Shown here: positions 11,786 through 24,745 of the stretch, in pieces
Layout of the letters: each line of letters begins with the position of its first letter
Position numbering within the stretch: position 1 is the stretch's first letter
Assembly: GCF_001194135.2 (NCBI RefSeq)
Contig: NC_068988.1
Coordinates: 20,797,543-20,861,542, forward strand
Reading direction: 5' to 3'
DNA from: Octopus bimaculoides
Lineage: Eukaryota
Length of the DNA stretch: 64,000 bases
Position numbers and translations under genes: made by a program
Notes under the pieces: generated by a model
The model's database searches: none
The model's input: the letters and a program-made list of their open reading frames with translations, nothing else
Told to the model about the DNA's origin: nothing

Positions 11786-12841
11786 AACAGACAGGCCTAG
11801 GGAGAGGAAGTTCTTGTTGGTTTGCATTTGTTTAGAGGCACATAGAAAACAGGTTAAGAAACAAATCACACACACACAGACAAATGTCTCTAAGAAAGTG
11901 ATTTCAACCACAAACAAATGTACATTTATAGGTCATTTCAAGTATTTTGGTTGAATATCCAATTGTTGAAAGAATAAAGATCTAAATCACACACACATGC
12001 ACACATACATACATATGATATTCATGGATAGCTAGTCTAACCTATTTTCATAACTTCAACCTATTCATAAGAAACCCAGACAGCTTAGTGAAGCAGAAAC
12101 CAAAGTTTAACTCCTACAATTTGAGCTGGTTACACGATTTTCAACAAACATTTTTCATTGAAATTTTTACATGTAAGGTCTTGGGACCAAAGGGTCACAA
12201 CCCCTAATTTAATAAGTGTACCACCTATAACTAGTCATCTTTATGAGGAGCTTCTTGTATGATTTTTGTGCTGTAACAGTGTGTTTTAAGAGACCATACT
12301 CTTCCTTACATTAAAGATCTACCAGATGTCACTTTTAACTAAACAAGACACATAATAGGTGTGGGTGTGACTGAATGGTAAGGTGTCTGCTCTCTGATTA
12401 CGTGCTTTCAGGTATAGTTCCAATCCAGAGCAACTTGCACAGGTGTTTTTTACCATAACCCTGAGCCGCTCAAAGTCTTGTAAGTGGATTTGATAGAGGG
12501 AAACTGTAAGAAGCCCATCATATGCAATTGCATGCACGTATTATTGTTTCTTTGCCTTAATATTGCATGATAGTTGTAAATAAATGATGCCATCTTGCAA
12601 GCGACATCCTGTAAACAGTTATTATAACATATTTCCTCGTGTACTAAAGCCTTTTCAGCTAGCAACACATTTCAACAAACCTATTTTCACTTATGTACCT
12701 ACACAGATTTCACCTTAACTACACTAAAATACAATCTCAAAGCAATCAGCCAACTATATTGACACATTTCCTGAAGCAACCCTCCAACCACTTTGAAACA
12801 ATTTCCCAGAACACTCAACTGCTGAAATACTTTCCTAAAGT

Positions 12842-13231
12842 TGTTGTTGTTGGCACTTCGTCGCTTATGACGTCGAGGGTTCCAGTTGATCCGATCAACG
12901 GAACAGCCTGCTCATGAAATTAACGTGCAAGTGGCTGAGCACTCCATAGACACGTGCACCCTTAATGTAGTTCTCGGGGATATTCAGCGTGACACAGTGT
13001 GACAAGGCTGACCCTTTGAATTACAGGGCACAACAGAAACAGGAAGTGAGAGTGAGAAAAAGTTGTGATGGAAGAGTACAGTAGGGTTCACCACCATCCC
13101 CTGCCGGAGTCTCATGGAACTTGTAGGTGTTTTCGCTCAATAAACACTCACAACACCCGGTCTGGGAATCAAAACAGCAATCACATGACCGCGAGTCCGC
13201 TGCCCTAACCACTGGGCCATTGCGCCTCCAC
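12842..13231 (-). mobile_element. SINE family A, full length
   Basis: (CAA)n tail; 14-bp TSD tactttcctaaagt (12828-12841, 13232-13245). Confidence 0.93.
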
Positions 13232-13322
13232 TACTTTCCTAAAGTAACCCTTCAAATAACTGAAACATTTACCTTGAATATCTTTCAACTACAACAATAC
13301 AATGAATATACTCCAACTAGAC

Positions 13323-13582
13323 AAGTGGTTCTCAACTATTTTTCGCCTACGAACCCTTTGATTCCTATTTCACACTTCTGAACTGCCACAATCATTCATG
13401 TATATAAAAAAAAAAATCCAATTATATTTTTATAATTAAATATTATTAGGAATTGTATCAAAAAGTCGTCAAAAATGTTTTGTATATTGAAGATATATAA
13501 CCAATTTATTGCATATAAATTTTAACTACAAAATCTTATATGGAGCCCAATGGACCATATGGACCCTGATTGAGAACCATTG
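13323..13582. mobile_element. hAT (Charlie-like) MITE
   Basis: Imperfect TIRs aagtggttctcaac / gattgagaaccattg; degenerate 8-bp TSD aactagac/aattagag with central TA. Confidence 0.7.
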
Positions 13583-15065
13583 AATTAGAGTGAAACATAG
13601 GACTCAAAGAGGCACAAAATTCAAGAAGCCAGTAATTCCAAGAACCATGGTTCTTATATTGTTGACAGTAAGAACTAATTGGTCCTTTACATGCAAGAAG
13701 CTAGCCTAGAGAGCCAGTAACAAGCTTCAAAACACCTGGCAATGAAGTATTTCAAAGTCAACAAAGCTCACCTTCTTTAGGTCATGTGTAGAGAGCCCCT
13801 TTTCCTGTGGCGCTGGAACCTAGACTATGAAGAAGGAGCATCAAAATCACTTCAATGGTACATACAGGTGGCTTTTCACGAGTGCTCAAAACATCCCATG
13901 ATGTGAGCACAAGGTCAAAGAAGTGGTTTATGGACACAACCCACCCATCGTTACTATTATTGTTCAATTTAGAGTAGACTTTGCTGGCTACTATTATCAC
14001 ATTAAACCACAGACCACATCAGATTTTTGTGCTATGATAGAGTGCAAAGATCACATTAACTAAATCGATGATGCGGCATTGTAAAATGCATCTCGGTGGC
14101 AACCACTTGAAGAGAAAATGTGGTCTGTTGTTTAATACATTGCCCAAAACCTTTTTTTTTAAATGTGTGTCCAATTAGCAGATGACCACTATGTGTGGAT
14201 CAGTAGATCAGTAAACAAATATTGATTCAAAAATTAAGCAACAACAACAACAAAAAGAAAAAGATAGAAAAAAAATAATTCAAACAGTCTTTAGAAGTGA
14301 AAATTTCAGGAAATTTAATTTAGAGTTATAATCAAATAACAATTTAATCTCGTTTCTATTTAGACTGAAGATGTATGAGTCAATATAGGAGATGAATTAC
14401 AACAGTGTAGTCTGAAAAGCTATCAGTTAAACTTTACCAGTGACATTTTGCTCTGCTCCTTATCTAAAATATATTACTATTTGTCTTAGTCTGTCTACTG
14501 TAAAACACTTCCATCTCATTGCTCAATTTTTGTTATGAATAAAGAAATCAACCTTTTGCAATAACTAAAAGAAAGAAAGAATTTGTGTTATTTAAATCAA
14601 TGGTAGCAGACAAAAGATATGGCAAATTGTGGAATATAGAAGAAAAAAAAGAAGCTTTTTTTTGTTTTGTTGTTTTGCTTTCGTTACATTGCTACTGTGT
14701 CCACAAATTATAATATGACTTTCTAATTTTGGCACAAAGCCTGCAATTTTGAGGGGAAGGGTAAGTCAATAACAGTCAACCAGTATTCTCTGGTACCTAT
14801 TTTATTGACCCCGAAAGCAAAGCCAACCTTGACAGAATTTGAACTCAGAACATTTTGTTTCTGATGGTCTAACAATTCCACTAGTTCCCTGCCTTACAAA
14901 TTATAATAACAATGATTTCAGATTGAGGTACAAAACCAGAAATTTTGACGAGAAAGGATTAGTCAATTCTATCAAACTCCCAATCCCCAGTTTTTGACTG
15001 GTACTTTATTTTATTGACTTTGAAAGGATGAAAGGCAATGTAGACCCAAGCAGGATTTGAATCCA

Positions 15066-15363
15066 TGTCGCCTTACTGGCACGTGAAAAAACATTCAAGC
15101 GAGGTCATTGCCTGTGCAGGTGGCACGTAAAAAACACCATTTTGAGCATGGCCGTTGCCAGTATCGCCTGACTGGCCTTTGTGCCGGCGGCACATAAAAG
15201 CACCCACTACACTCTCGGAGTGGTTGGCATTAGAAAGGGCATCCAGCTGTAGAAACTCTGGCAGATCAGATTGGAGCCTGGTGCAGCCATCTGGTTCGCC
15301 AGTCCTCAGTCAACTCGTCCAACCCATGCTAGCATGGAAAGCGGACGTTAAACGAACGATGAG
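15066..15363 (+). mobile_element. Family D retroposon
   Basis: Tandem gtggcacgt(a/g)aaa modules, D core, tail gcggacgttaaacgaacgatg. Confidence 0.85.
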
Positions 15364-15414
15364 CATAAAGAGTTGAAACAAATGTTGCAACATACTTTTC
15401 CCTGACACTCTAGC

Positions 15415-15503
15415 GATGATGATGATGATGATGAAGATGATGATGACGATGATGATGATGAAGATGATGACGATGATGATGATGAGGAGGAGGAGGAGGG
15501 GGG
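15415..15503. repeat. (GAT)n/(GAG)n compound microsatellite
   Basis: Direct reading. Confidence 0.9.
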
Positions 15504-15893
15504 ATAACCACATCTATATTATTTAGTGTTGCCTATCTAACTTCCTTATCCCCATTGACACAGGAGTCCATGACGAGTGGTTAAAAGACGGAATTTTATC
15601 ATTTCAAACTGTCTTTTATGAATAAAGGAGCTTTAAGTGATGTTACCTTTGTTCACAACAAAGGGTTTCTATTTCTCTATTGCTCTCAGTCTACCCTCCA
15701 TAAAAAAAAAAAGCAGGCCTGTTTTCTTGTTTTTTATTAGGCTAAGTATGCATAAGAAGTGCATTGCTGTATGGTAATGTGACATTGAGTGAATACAGGT
15801 GATTCAATGAATAAGCATTGGAGAGAGAAATACATTAGTGAAGTTACTATGGAAGTATAACGCTAACTTGTAGGAACAAGAAAACCTAACATT

Positions 15894-15952
<59 letters not shown>

Positions 15953-15958
15953 ATGTGA

Positions 15959-16197
15959 GCTGGCAGAGGCGGCGAGCTGGCAGAATCGTTAGCACGCCGG
16001 GTGAAATGCTTAGCTGTATTTCGTCTGCCGTTACATTCTGAGTTCAAATTCCGCCGAGGTCGACTTTGCCTAGCATCCTTTCAGGGTCAATAAATTAATT
16101 ACCAGTTACGCACTGGAGTCGATGTAATCGACTTAATCCCTTTGTCTGTCCTTGTTTGTCCCCTCTATGTTTAGCCCCTTGTGGGCAATAAAGAAAT
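15959..16197 (+). mobile_element. tRNA-derived SINE, family C (aaagaaat tail variant)
   Basis: aggcggcgagctggcagaatcgttag (A-box-like), gagttcaaattcc (B-box-like); matches 60288-60520. Confidence 0.88.
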
Positions 16198-16511
16198 GAG
16201 AGAGAGAGAGAGACACACACACACACACACACAGCACACATCCAAAAGAGAGAAGTTTGCATCGGTCAAGGTTGTGCAAATTGAATGAGGTGTAGTTTAT
16301 GGCTGCAGTCACTGAACTGCAGCCATGTTGTGGTATCAGTTTCAAAGGCTTTAGTTTATTATAATCAGCCCAGTGCTACATTTTAGCACTTAGTTTATCA
16401 TCCTAGTAAGCTAAAACAGCTAAACAAAACAAGTGTAATGAGATATAATCGGAATGTAACCAATTATCACATTACTGTTAAACATACTGATTTTGCCATC
16501 ACAATAAATAC

Positions 16512-16549
<38 letters not shown>

Positions 16550-17243
16550 TAGGCTTCCAAACAATCTCCATCCACTAAATCTCACTCACAGGCCTCTTAG
16601 TTAGGTTCAAGTTTACAGTAGAATGCATTTAACCACAGCGCCACACAGAGGCATCAAACCCATAATCACATGATTGCAAAGCATATTTTTTGAAACTATA
16701 ACAGCTGTGCCTGTTGATAAAAATAAAAAAGTTCCTTTAATGGTAGTAAGTATGAAAAGTAGAGCTAGAGTAAAAGCAGACAGGTATAAAGTGGTTAGAT
16801 CTAAAGATTAAACTTGGCAGATAAGATGACCTAGTAACACGCCACGAAAAACGATACTGCATTGCAGGTCTATGAAATTCAAGTCAACAAAACTTTTAAT
16901 GTAACTGATATATAGGTTTTTGAAAATGCATTATTCTCCCTATAGTATACTAGTATGTTCATCTTACAAAACTTGGCTTCATATTTTCCAATTTTAAACA
17001 CCATTTCATTTATGAATAATTCTGACTTTTTAGACAAGTCAATGAAGGAGCGTCTACAAGGAAGCCTAACCTATTAAAAACAGCAGTGAAATCTCCCTCA
17101 AATACTACCTCATGATATTTAAAAAAAAAAAAAAAAGAAGAAAAAAAGATGCATTTTTCAAGCCATCACACCATACATATGTGGTCATTTGACCAGCTAG
17201 AAAAATTAGCCAAATCTTCCCCAAATCAAATTTTACTATCTTA

Positions 17244-17286
<43 letters not shown>

Positions 17287-17576
17287 CTCATTGGTTATCA
17301 TACACAGTATTTGGGAGCAAAAACAGGATGTTTGTATTGGAAACATCTTTGGTCATGCCTGCTTAGTAAGGGCTGATCTGAGGTTAAACAACAGCAACAC
17401 ATGAAATAGTGTAGTCCTAGATATACAGTATCCAGAAGAAAGATGCAAGGTCTTACCAGAAATGCTTTTGATCATCCCATCTGCTTATCTAATCTGAGAT
17501 TAAATAACAAGAAATACTAACATTCTAGAATGCTAGTATTTGTTGTCGTATAATTAGGAATAGATCATCATTATCA

Positions 17577-17984
17577 ATACCATCATTTAACATTCACTTT
17601 TCATGCTTGCATGGGTTAGGCTAAATTTATTGAGGCAGATTTTCTATAGCCAGATGCCCTTTCTGTCACAAACCTTCACCTGTTTCCAAGCAAAGTAATA
17701 TTTCCCCATGATCAGACATACTTTTTCACAGAAGACTAGAAACAGAAACAAAAATAACCCTGCATGCATAACAATGATGCTCATTTACAACCATCATGTT
17801 ATGCCTAGACAAGGGCACACACACACACACTTCTTTCAGTTTCTGTCTACCAAATCCAATCACAAGGCTTTGATCAGCTTGGGCTTAGAGCAGAAGACAC
17901 TTGGTCAAGGTGCCATGCGGTGAGACTGAACTCAAGACCACATGGTTGGGAAACAAGCTTCTTAACAACACAGCCACACCTGCC
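17577..17984 (-). mobile_element. Older SINE family E (B-type head, D-type tail)
   Basis: Right end matches the B head; left end catcatttaacattcacttttcatgcttgcatggg and gccagatgcccttt match the D tail and core. Confidence 0.7.
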
Positions 17985-18154
17985 GTGTGTGTGTGTGTAT
18001 AAACACTGCAAGGTGGTGCTCCAGCATGGCTGCAGTCGAATAACTGAAATAAGTAAAAGATAAAAGAATAATGGTATCTAGGAAATCTGCATTTTTTTCC
18101 CTTGTCTATATAAAGAGAATTACAATATTTTTCACCTTCCACACATCCTTGAGA

Positions 18155-18187
18155 CATTATTATTATTACTGTTGCTGTTGTTATTAC

Positions 18188-18232
<45 letters not shown>

Positions 18233-18260
18233 TCTCATCATCATCATCATCATCATCATC
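18155..18260. repeat. (TAT)n(CAT)n microsatellite
   Basis: Direct reading. Confidence 0.9.
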
Positions 18261-20612
18261 AGTCATGTTATTGGGTTGCTACATAATACAAGCACAACAA
18301 CACCAGAAAGAAATCCCTTATAATATTTAGTTAACCCCTCCTTTAATTGGATAGTGAGCTATGCTGGGGCACAGTCATTAAAGGTTCAGTTGAATACAAT
18401 GAGCCAGCCACTGCCATCCCCCAATATGTCATTAATTGGAGGAAAGAGGAAAAACAGGGAGGAGCTGGGTGGAATTTGAACTCAGAAAGTAAAAAGGGAT
18501 ATTTTGTCAGACATTCTACCAACTCAACCAAATAACTGCTCTTTTTGCTTTACAGATTTAAATTTTCCTGCTAAAGTAGATTTCATTCTTTTTCCTTTCA
18601 AGGATTGAATAAAACACCTCGCATGCACACATAGGAGCACACACGCATGTGTGCGCATACACACACACACACACACACACACACAAAGAAGTGTTGGAAC
18701 TAAAAGGTAATCTTGATCTCCAACTTAATGTGTAGGTTGTATTAGAACATGGAATACTGTATACTTTGAGATGATCTCTCATGGGATACTTTGAGATGAT
18801 CTCTCACAAGGACTCATGGTGCATAAAAGTACTCGAAATTACAAGAGTGACAGCCAAGGCTACCAGAACTGCCAATTCACATAATTTCACCCTGCTATGG
18901 GTTCTTCAGTGACAGATGTCCAGCAGTGCAATAACAGCTGAATCTCCTGTCAACAATTTTCCAAAATCTGTGTCCATTCAGACACTGGTGTTGCAAATGG
19001 CCAGAGCGTTCATTAAACAATTAATTAAGAGCAACAGATGTAATCTTGATGCCAAAATTAATTTTTTTTTTTTATCATGATTTAATTTAAATTTTTTCTT
19101 TCTTTTTTTTTAAATTTAAAAATCAATACAGTGATTTGTATAGCCACAGTCGATAATTTTAACGATGATATACACTAATTCACATAATTATTGAGACACA
19201 TACGATGTCACATCTTGCCATTCACACCTCAACTTCAACCAATTATATAATAATGATATCTAGTGATAGATCTTTCCAGAATGTCACAGAAGATCGGTAA
19301 ACAAAATAAACGCAAACGGGTGTTTTAGACAGACTTTCAATTTAACATAGGAACTGAAGAAAGGAAGATCATCTTAAATTTAAAATATAAAAAAAAAAAA
19401 GAAAAACAAAAAGGTGGAAGAAGAAAACAAACCAAAGAAGACAGCCAAAAGAAAGCAGGAATCTCCTCATTAGCAGCTATTCAGCACTGCAGTAGTGCAT
19501 AAACCTGTCAGAAAGCTGTGTCATACTGACACAAAAATAAAACAAAATGACAGCAAGACAAGCAAGGGAAATCCCTTTCTTTCTGGGTCCCTTCTTTTCA
19601 TTTTTGTTATTTCCCTTTTCTAAATTAATACGGAATTATTAAAGGAACTGGTTGCTGGTTGTTATTTCAACGTCAATTTGTTTGCAATTATCAAACTATT
19701 AATCACTATTATTGTTATTAATATTTTATTAATACTGTTGTTGTTATTGTTTTTAGTATTATTGTTGTTATTTTAAGAATTCAAAAGGAAAGATTATTGT
19801 AATCATCTTTAGTAATCTGGTTCCAGAAATATCTCAACAGTTTCCTTTCTCAAAACAAAAAGCATATCTTGGAATTGAGTAGCAGCGCCACCCACCACCA
19901 TCTTATAACAATGGGGAGGAGAATGAAGATAAAGAAGTTTAGGAAACAAAGACAGAAAGAAAAAGGAAAAAAAAGGGGAAAAAAAAATTATGTGAACCCA
20001 GATAAAGGAGAAACAATAGAATGGAAGACCTGATGAAGAAATATCAACCCTGTTCAGTGCCTAAACTTTACAGAATTTCTAAAGAACACTAACCAACTTG
20101 ATTTGATACTGATCCTAAAAGAGAATGAATGAAATGCAAAGCTAATTAGATGAGTATCAGGCACTTTAGGTAATAGACAGTTGTTAAAGACCACATCACT
20201 GACCTATCTACAACTGAGGGATCATGACCACTCAGCTGTGGATCATGATCCACAGTTTGCAAAGCTCTTCATGGCTCAGCTAAGATCATACAACTTGGAG
20301 AAGCTGATAAGAGTGGGAGGTGATCCGGCAAGGAGTGCTCTGATCCTTACTTAGAAGCAGTCTCTGACCTTTATAAGTTATCCCTATTTGCACTTTTGCT
20401 TAATTTCAGTACATAACTTTCAGTGTTTTAATAATATCTCTCTCTCTCTCTCTCTCTCGCTTGCTCTTTATTTATTTATTTATATATATATATATATATG
20501 TACATATGTATGTATCTATAAATAAATACCAATGTTTTGTAACCCCTTTTGCTTTGTGAATATGGGCTCTCAGGATCAACAAAAAGGATTATCATCAATA
20601 TCATCATTTTAA

Positions 20613-20651
<39 letters not shown>

Positions 20652-21117
20652 CATTATTATAATTATTATAAGTTGGAATTGAGACAGCTGGATTACATTT
20701 TGGAGTTGATACAGCTGGAATACATGTTAGAGTTGAGACAGCTGGTTTGCATGTTTTACAGTATCCAAGCTTTGGTACCTCATAATTCTGAATTAATTAA
20801 AGTGGGTACCAGTGACAGTCTGTCATTAAGTTATTTGTATTTTCCTTCTAGCTACACATCTTCCCGCATGCAAAAAAATTAAAAAAACCATTAATAAACA
20901 AATTCTAGTTGTGTATATAAATAAGTCAATATTTGTTATACAACATAGTGTGGGACTACTACACAGTATCGTAATATAAACACAGCACTGTAGTAAATAT
21001 CATGGCAGTGGATTTGCAGAGTCAGTAGGGTCAGACAATGTTTTGTAGTATTTCCTCAGATTCTCTATACACTGTATACCAAACCCATCAAGGCCAACTT
21101 TGCCTTTCACTATTTCA

Positions 21118-21457
21118 GTCATCATCATCATCATCATCGTCGTCATTTAACGTCCGCTTTCCATGCTAGCATGGGTTGGACGATTTGACTGAGGACTGGT
21201 GAAACCGGATGGCAACACCAGGCTCCAATCTGATTTGGCAGAGTTTCTACAGCTGGATGCCCTTCCTAACGCCAACCACTCAGAGAGTGTAGTGGGTGCT
21301 TTTATGTGTCACCCGCACGAAGGCCAGTCAGGCGGTACTGGCAATGGCCACGCTCAAAATGGTGTATTTTATGTGCCACCCGCACAAGAGCCAGTCCAGG
21401 GGCACTGGCAACGGTCTCGCTCGAAAATCCTACGAAGGCCAGTCAGGCGGTACTGGT
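21118..21457 (-). mobile_element. Family D retroposon
   Basis: (CAT)n tail, D core, two modules plus a partial one. Confidence 0.88.
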
Positions 21458-21800
21458 TAATACAATATCAGTAGCACCAGTACAGGGGATTGGCAGTGGT
21501 GTCAGAGCAGTAGATGAGAAGTATTAGAGTGTCGGCGTTGGGTTATTGTGTTCTGAGTTCAGATTCCACTTCCTTTTGCTTGCTTCTTAGTGATGGGAAA
21601 AAGAGTCCCGGTTAATGATGATAGACTTCCAATGTAAGACAGAGCAATGCAATGATTGCAGCAGCTTCTACTTCTCGGATGCATCAGTATACTGAAGTGG
21701 GATATATACCGGGACAGAAAAAAGTCATAGTGAGTTCAAGCACTTTAGTAAGTAACACTACAATATCAAAATATAACACAGTGCTGTAGCAAATTAGTAC

Positions 21801-21860
21801 TACAATAGTACACAACAGTACAATAGTACACAACAGTACAATAGTACACAACAGTACAAT
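21801..21860. repeat. 18-bp minisatellite (tacaatagtacacaacag) x3.3
   Basis: Perfect tandem copies. Confidence 0.9.
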
Positions 21861-21979
21861 ATTAAAACACTGCAGAGTACTGTAGAAACAATACTACAAA
21901 CTGGAATATAACATACACACATATAGATAAATGGATAGGCAGATAGATACATAACTAAATACATATATGTGAATGTATA

Positions 21980-22369
21980 TTTGTTGTTGTTGGCACTCCG
22001 TCGCTTACAACGTCGAGGGTTCCAGTTGATCCAATCACTGGAACAGCCTGCTCGTGAAATTAACGTGCAAGTGGCTGAGCACTCCACAGACACGTGTACC
22101 CTTAACGTAGTTCTCGGGGATATTCAGCGTGACACAGTGTGACAAGGCTGGCCCTTTGAATTACAGGTACAACAGAAATAGGAAGAAAGAGTGAGAGAAA
22201 CTTGTGGTGAAAGAGTACAGCAGGGTTCGCCACCATCCCCTGCAGGAGCCCCGTGGAGCTTTAGGTGTTTTCGCTCAATAAACACTGACAACGCCCAGTC
22301 TGGGAATCGAAATTGCGATCCTATGACCGCGAGTCCGTTGCCCTAACCACTGGGCCATTGCGCCTCCAC
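21980..22369 (-). mobile_element. SINE family A, full length
   Basis: (CAA)n tail; 14-bp TSD tatgtgaatgtata (21966-21979, 22370-22383). Confidence 0.93.
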
Positions 22370-23581
22370 TATGTGAATGTATAATACATACATAAATGTG
22401 CAATAATATATATGTAAATAGAAGAAGAATATAGTACTCAATACATACTGTTGAGTAAGTTCAATTTCATTGTTACTCTGCACTTTATGATTGGCAATTT
22501 TATAAACTTGAAGGATCACCAAAGGAGAAGGATGGATTAACAATAGTAGGAAACTTTACTTTTTTTAGCAAATAACATACATACATACACATGGGTAACG
22601 GTATTCAACGAAGCAACATTACCACTTGGTGTCCTTTGGTGTTTTTAGCAGAGTCTATTTAGTTGCAAGCATCTGAGGCCTTTAGTCTGAAGACAGCTTC
22701 CTCCTCTCCACCAGTCTAGAGAGACCCTTCCAACTGATAAAGTGATATAGTGCTATACACACATACACACACATAATACACACACACAGCTTCAAATAAT
22801 GAATTGTAAAATTCTTGGGCAATAAAAAGATTATCTAATATTAGAAAAATATGATTAGTAAGTAATGTGACAAATTTATTTGAAGCTTAAAGTAATTAAG
22901 GAAAGACTGAGGAGATAAACATCTGTATTTTGCAGAGAGATATGTACAACCAAACATCTAAATTTCATAAAGTAAAATTTACAACCAAACCTATGGACAT
23001 GACCATGATCAGATATTTAAGAAGTTTACTCTGTAATAATGTGATTCCGATGGTGGTCCCATTGCTTGGTACCTCACTGCAAGTATTTTGCCCAAAACTT
23101 TGGATTGTCCCAAAACTAATGATTGAATCTGGATGAACAGAAGCTATGAAGAAACCTGTCAGAAAGACAGTATTTGTTCTTGGATGATAGACCCAATTCC
23201 TCAACGAGCTCTAGAGTAGTTTTAGCCAAGTCCCCTCAGCTGCAGGCATTCAGCTTAGGTCTCCAATCTGAGGATAACTCATGAATTGAGGTTTCTTCTT
23301 CTCTCTCCCCACCACCTCTGTCTAGGAGCCCCTACAAAAGGGGATCATGGGTGCTATCATTCCTCTTCCAACAAAGCCGTAAAAGTCATAGGTTCAACTG
23401 CTGGACACAGCAATACCTTGAGCAAGACACTTCATTTCACATTGCTCAAGTCGACTCTGCTGCAAATGAATACCAGCCAAATGCTGGGTATAGCCAGCCC
23501 AACCCTATCTCTCTCAAGTTGTCACATTCTCATTGATCAACTGGATAATGGGTGGAAAGGCCAACAAAGTGTCTACATCTC

Positions 23582-23980
23582 ATTTACTCATTTACTTGTT
23601 TCAGTCATTTGACTGTGGCCATGCTGGAGCACCGCCTTTGGTCGAGTAAATCGACCCCAGGACTTATTCTTTGGATGCCTAGTACTTATTCTATCGGTCT
23701 CTTTTTGCTGAACCGCTAAGTTACGGGGACGTAAACACACCACCATCGGTTGTCAAGCGATGTTGGGGGGACAAACACAGACACACATACACACAAACAT
23801 ATAAATATATATACATATATACGACAGGCTTCTTTCAGTTTCCGCCTACCAAATCAACTCACAAGGCTCTGGTCGGCCCGAGGCTATAGTAGAAGACACT
23901 TGCCCAAGGTGCCACGCAGTGGGACTGAACCCGGAACCATGTGGTTGGTAAGCAAGCTACTTACCACACAGCCACTCCTG
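23582..23980 (-). mobile_element. SINE family B, full length
   Basis: Reverse complement of the B consensus. Confidence 0.92.
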
Positions 23981-24711
23981 TTCATGATAACTCAGGAACC
24001 TGTAGTTAAATTAAACAGCCCAGTCTTCACAGAACTTTCTCAAAACATTGACTGCTAATGAATTATGGACTTGAACAAAGAACCTAAAACAAAGTTTTGC
24101 TTGAATCCAAATTGAATTTCATCATTAATTTAATTTGCCTTCAAAATTTAGAATAGAATTACAAGTTACAGCAGAATTAAAGCGTTTCAATTTCAAACTT
24201 TTGCTAGTCACACCACACTTCCAGATGAAATTATTTTGCAAAATGCACTCCAACTTTGAAACTTATGTCATTTGAGACAAACAACCTCCACAAAATAAGA
24301 CACAACTCATTTGCAAGTAACATTTCTATAGAAATTCTAGCACTTATAACTCACATCTAGGTGATTCGAGGTACACAATGAAGAAGCAGCTACATGGTTG
24401 TTAAGTTTGCTAGCAATAGCAGCCAAATCCCCCTCAAATCTGATGCTACTATCTTTACAAAAAAAAAAAAGGACAACTTAGATAACACAGTTCTGAGTGC
24501 CTTACACTTAAGAAAGAAGATCAAAAGCTGAAAGGCTTTTGGTTACATGTCTTCCTGTAGTTAAACAACAACAAGCTGCCCAGCGACAATGAAGATCTTA
24601 TAGTAGATTCACGAGCAAGCAGTCTAGCATTCTCACCATTCATCTATTTTCACTCTTCCGAAAGTTTATAGAATCTACGTAAAAGTCTTCTTCACCATAT
24701 ACTACTTCGTT

Positions 24712-24745
<34 letters not shown>

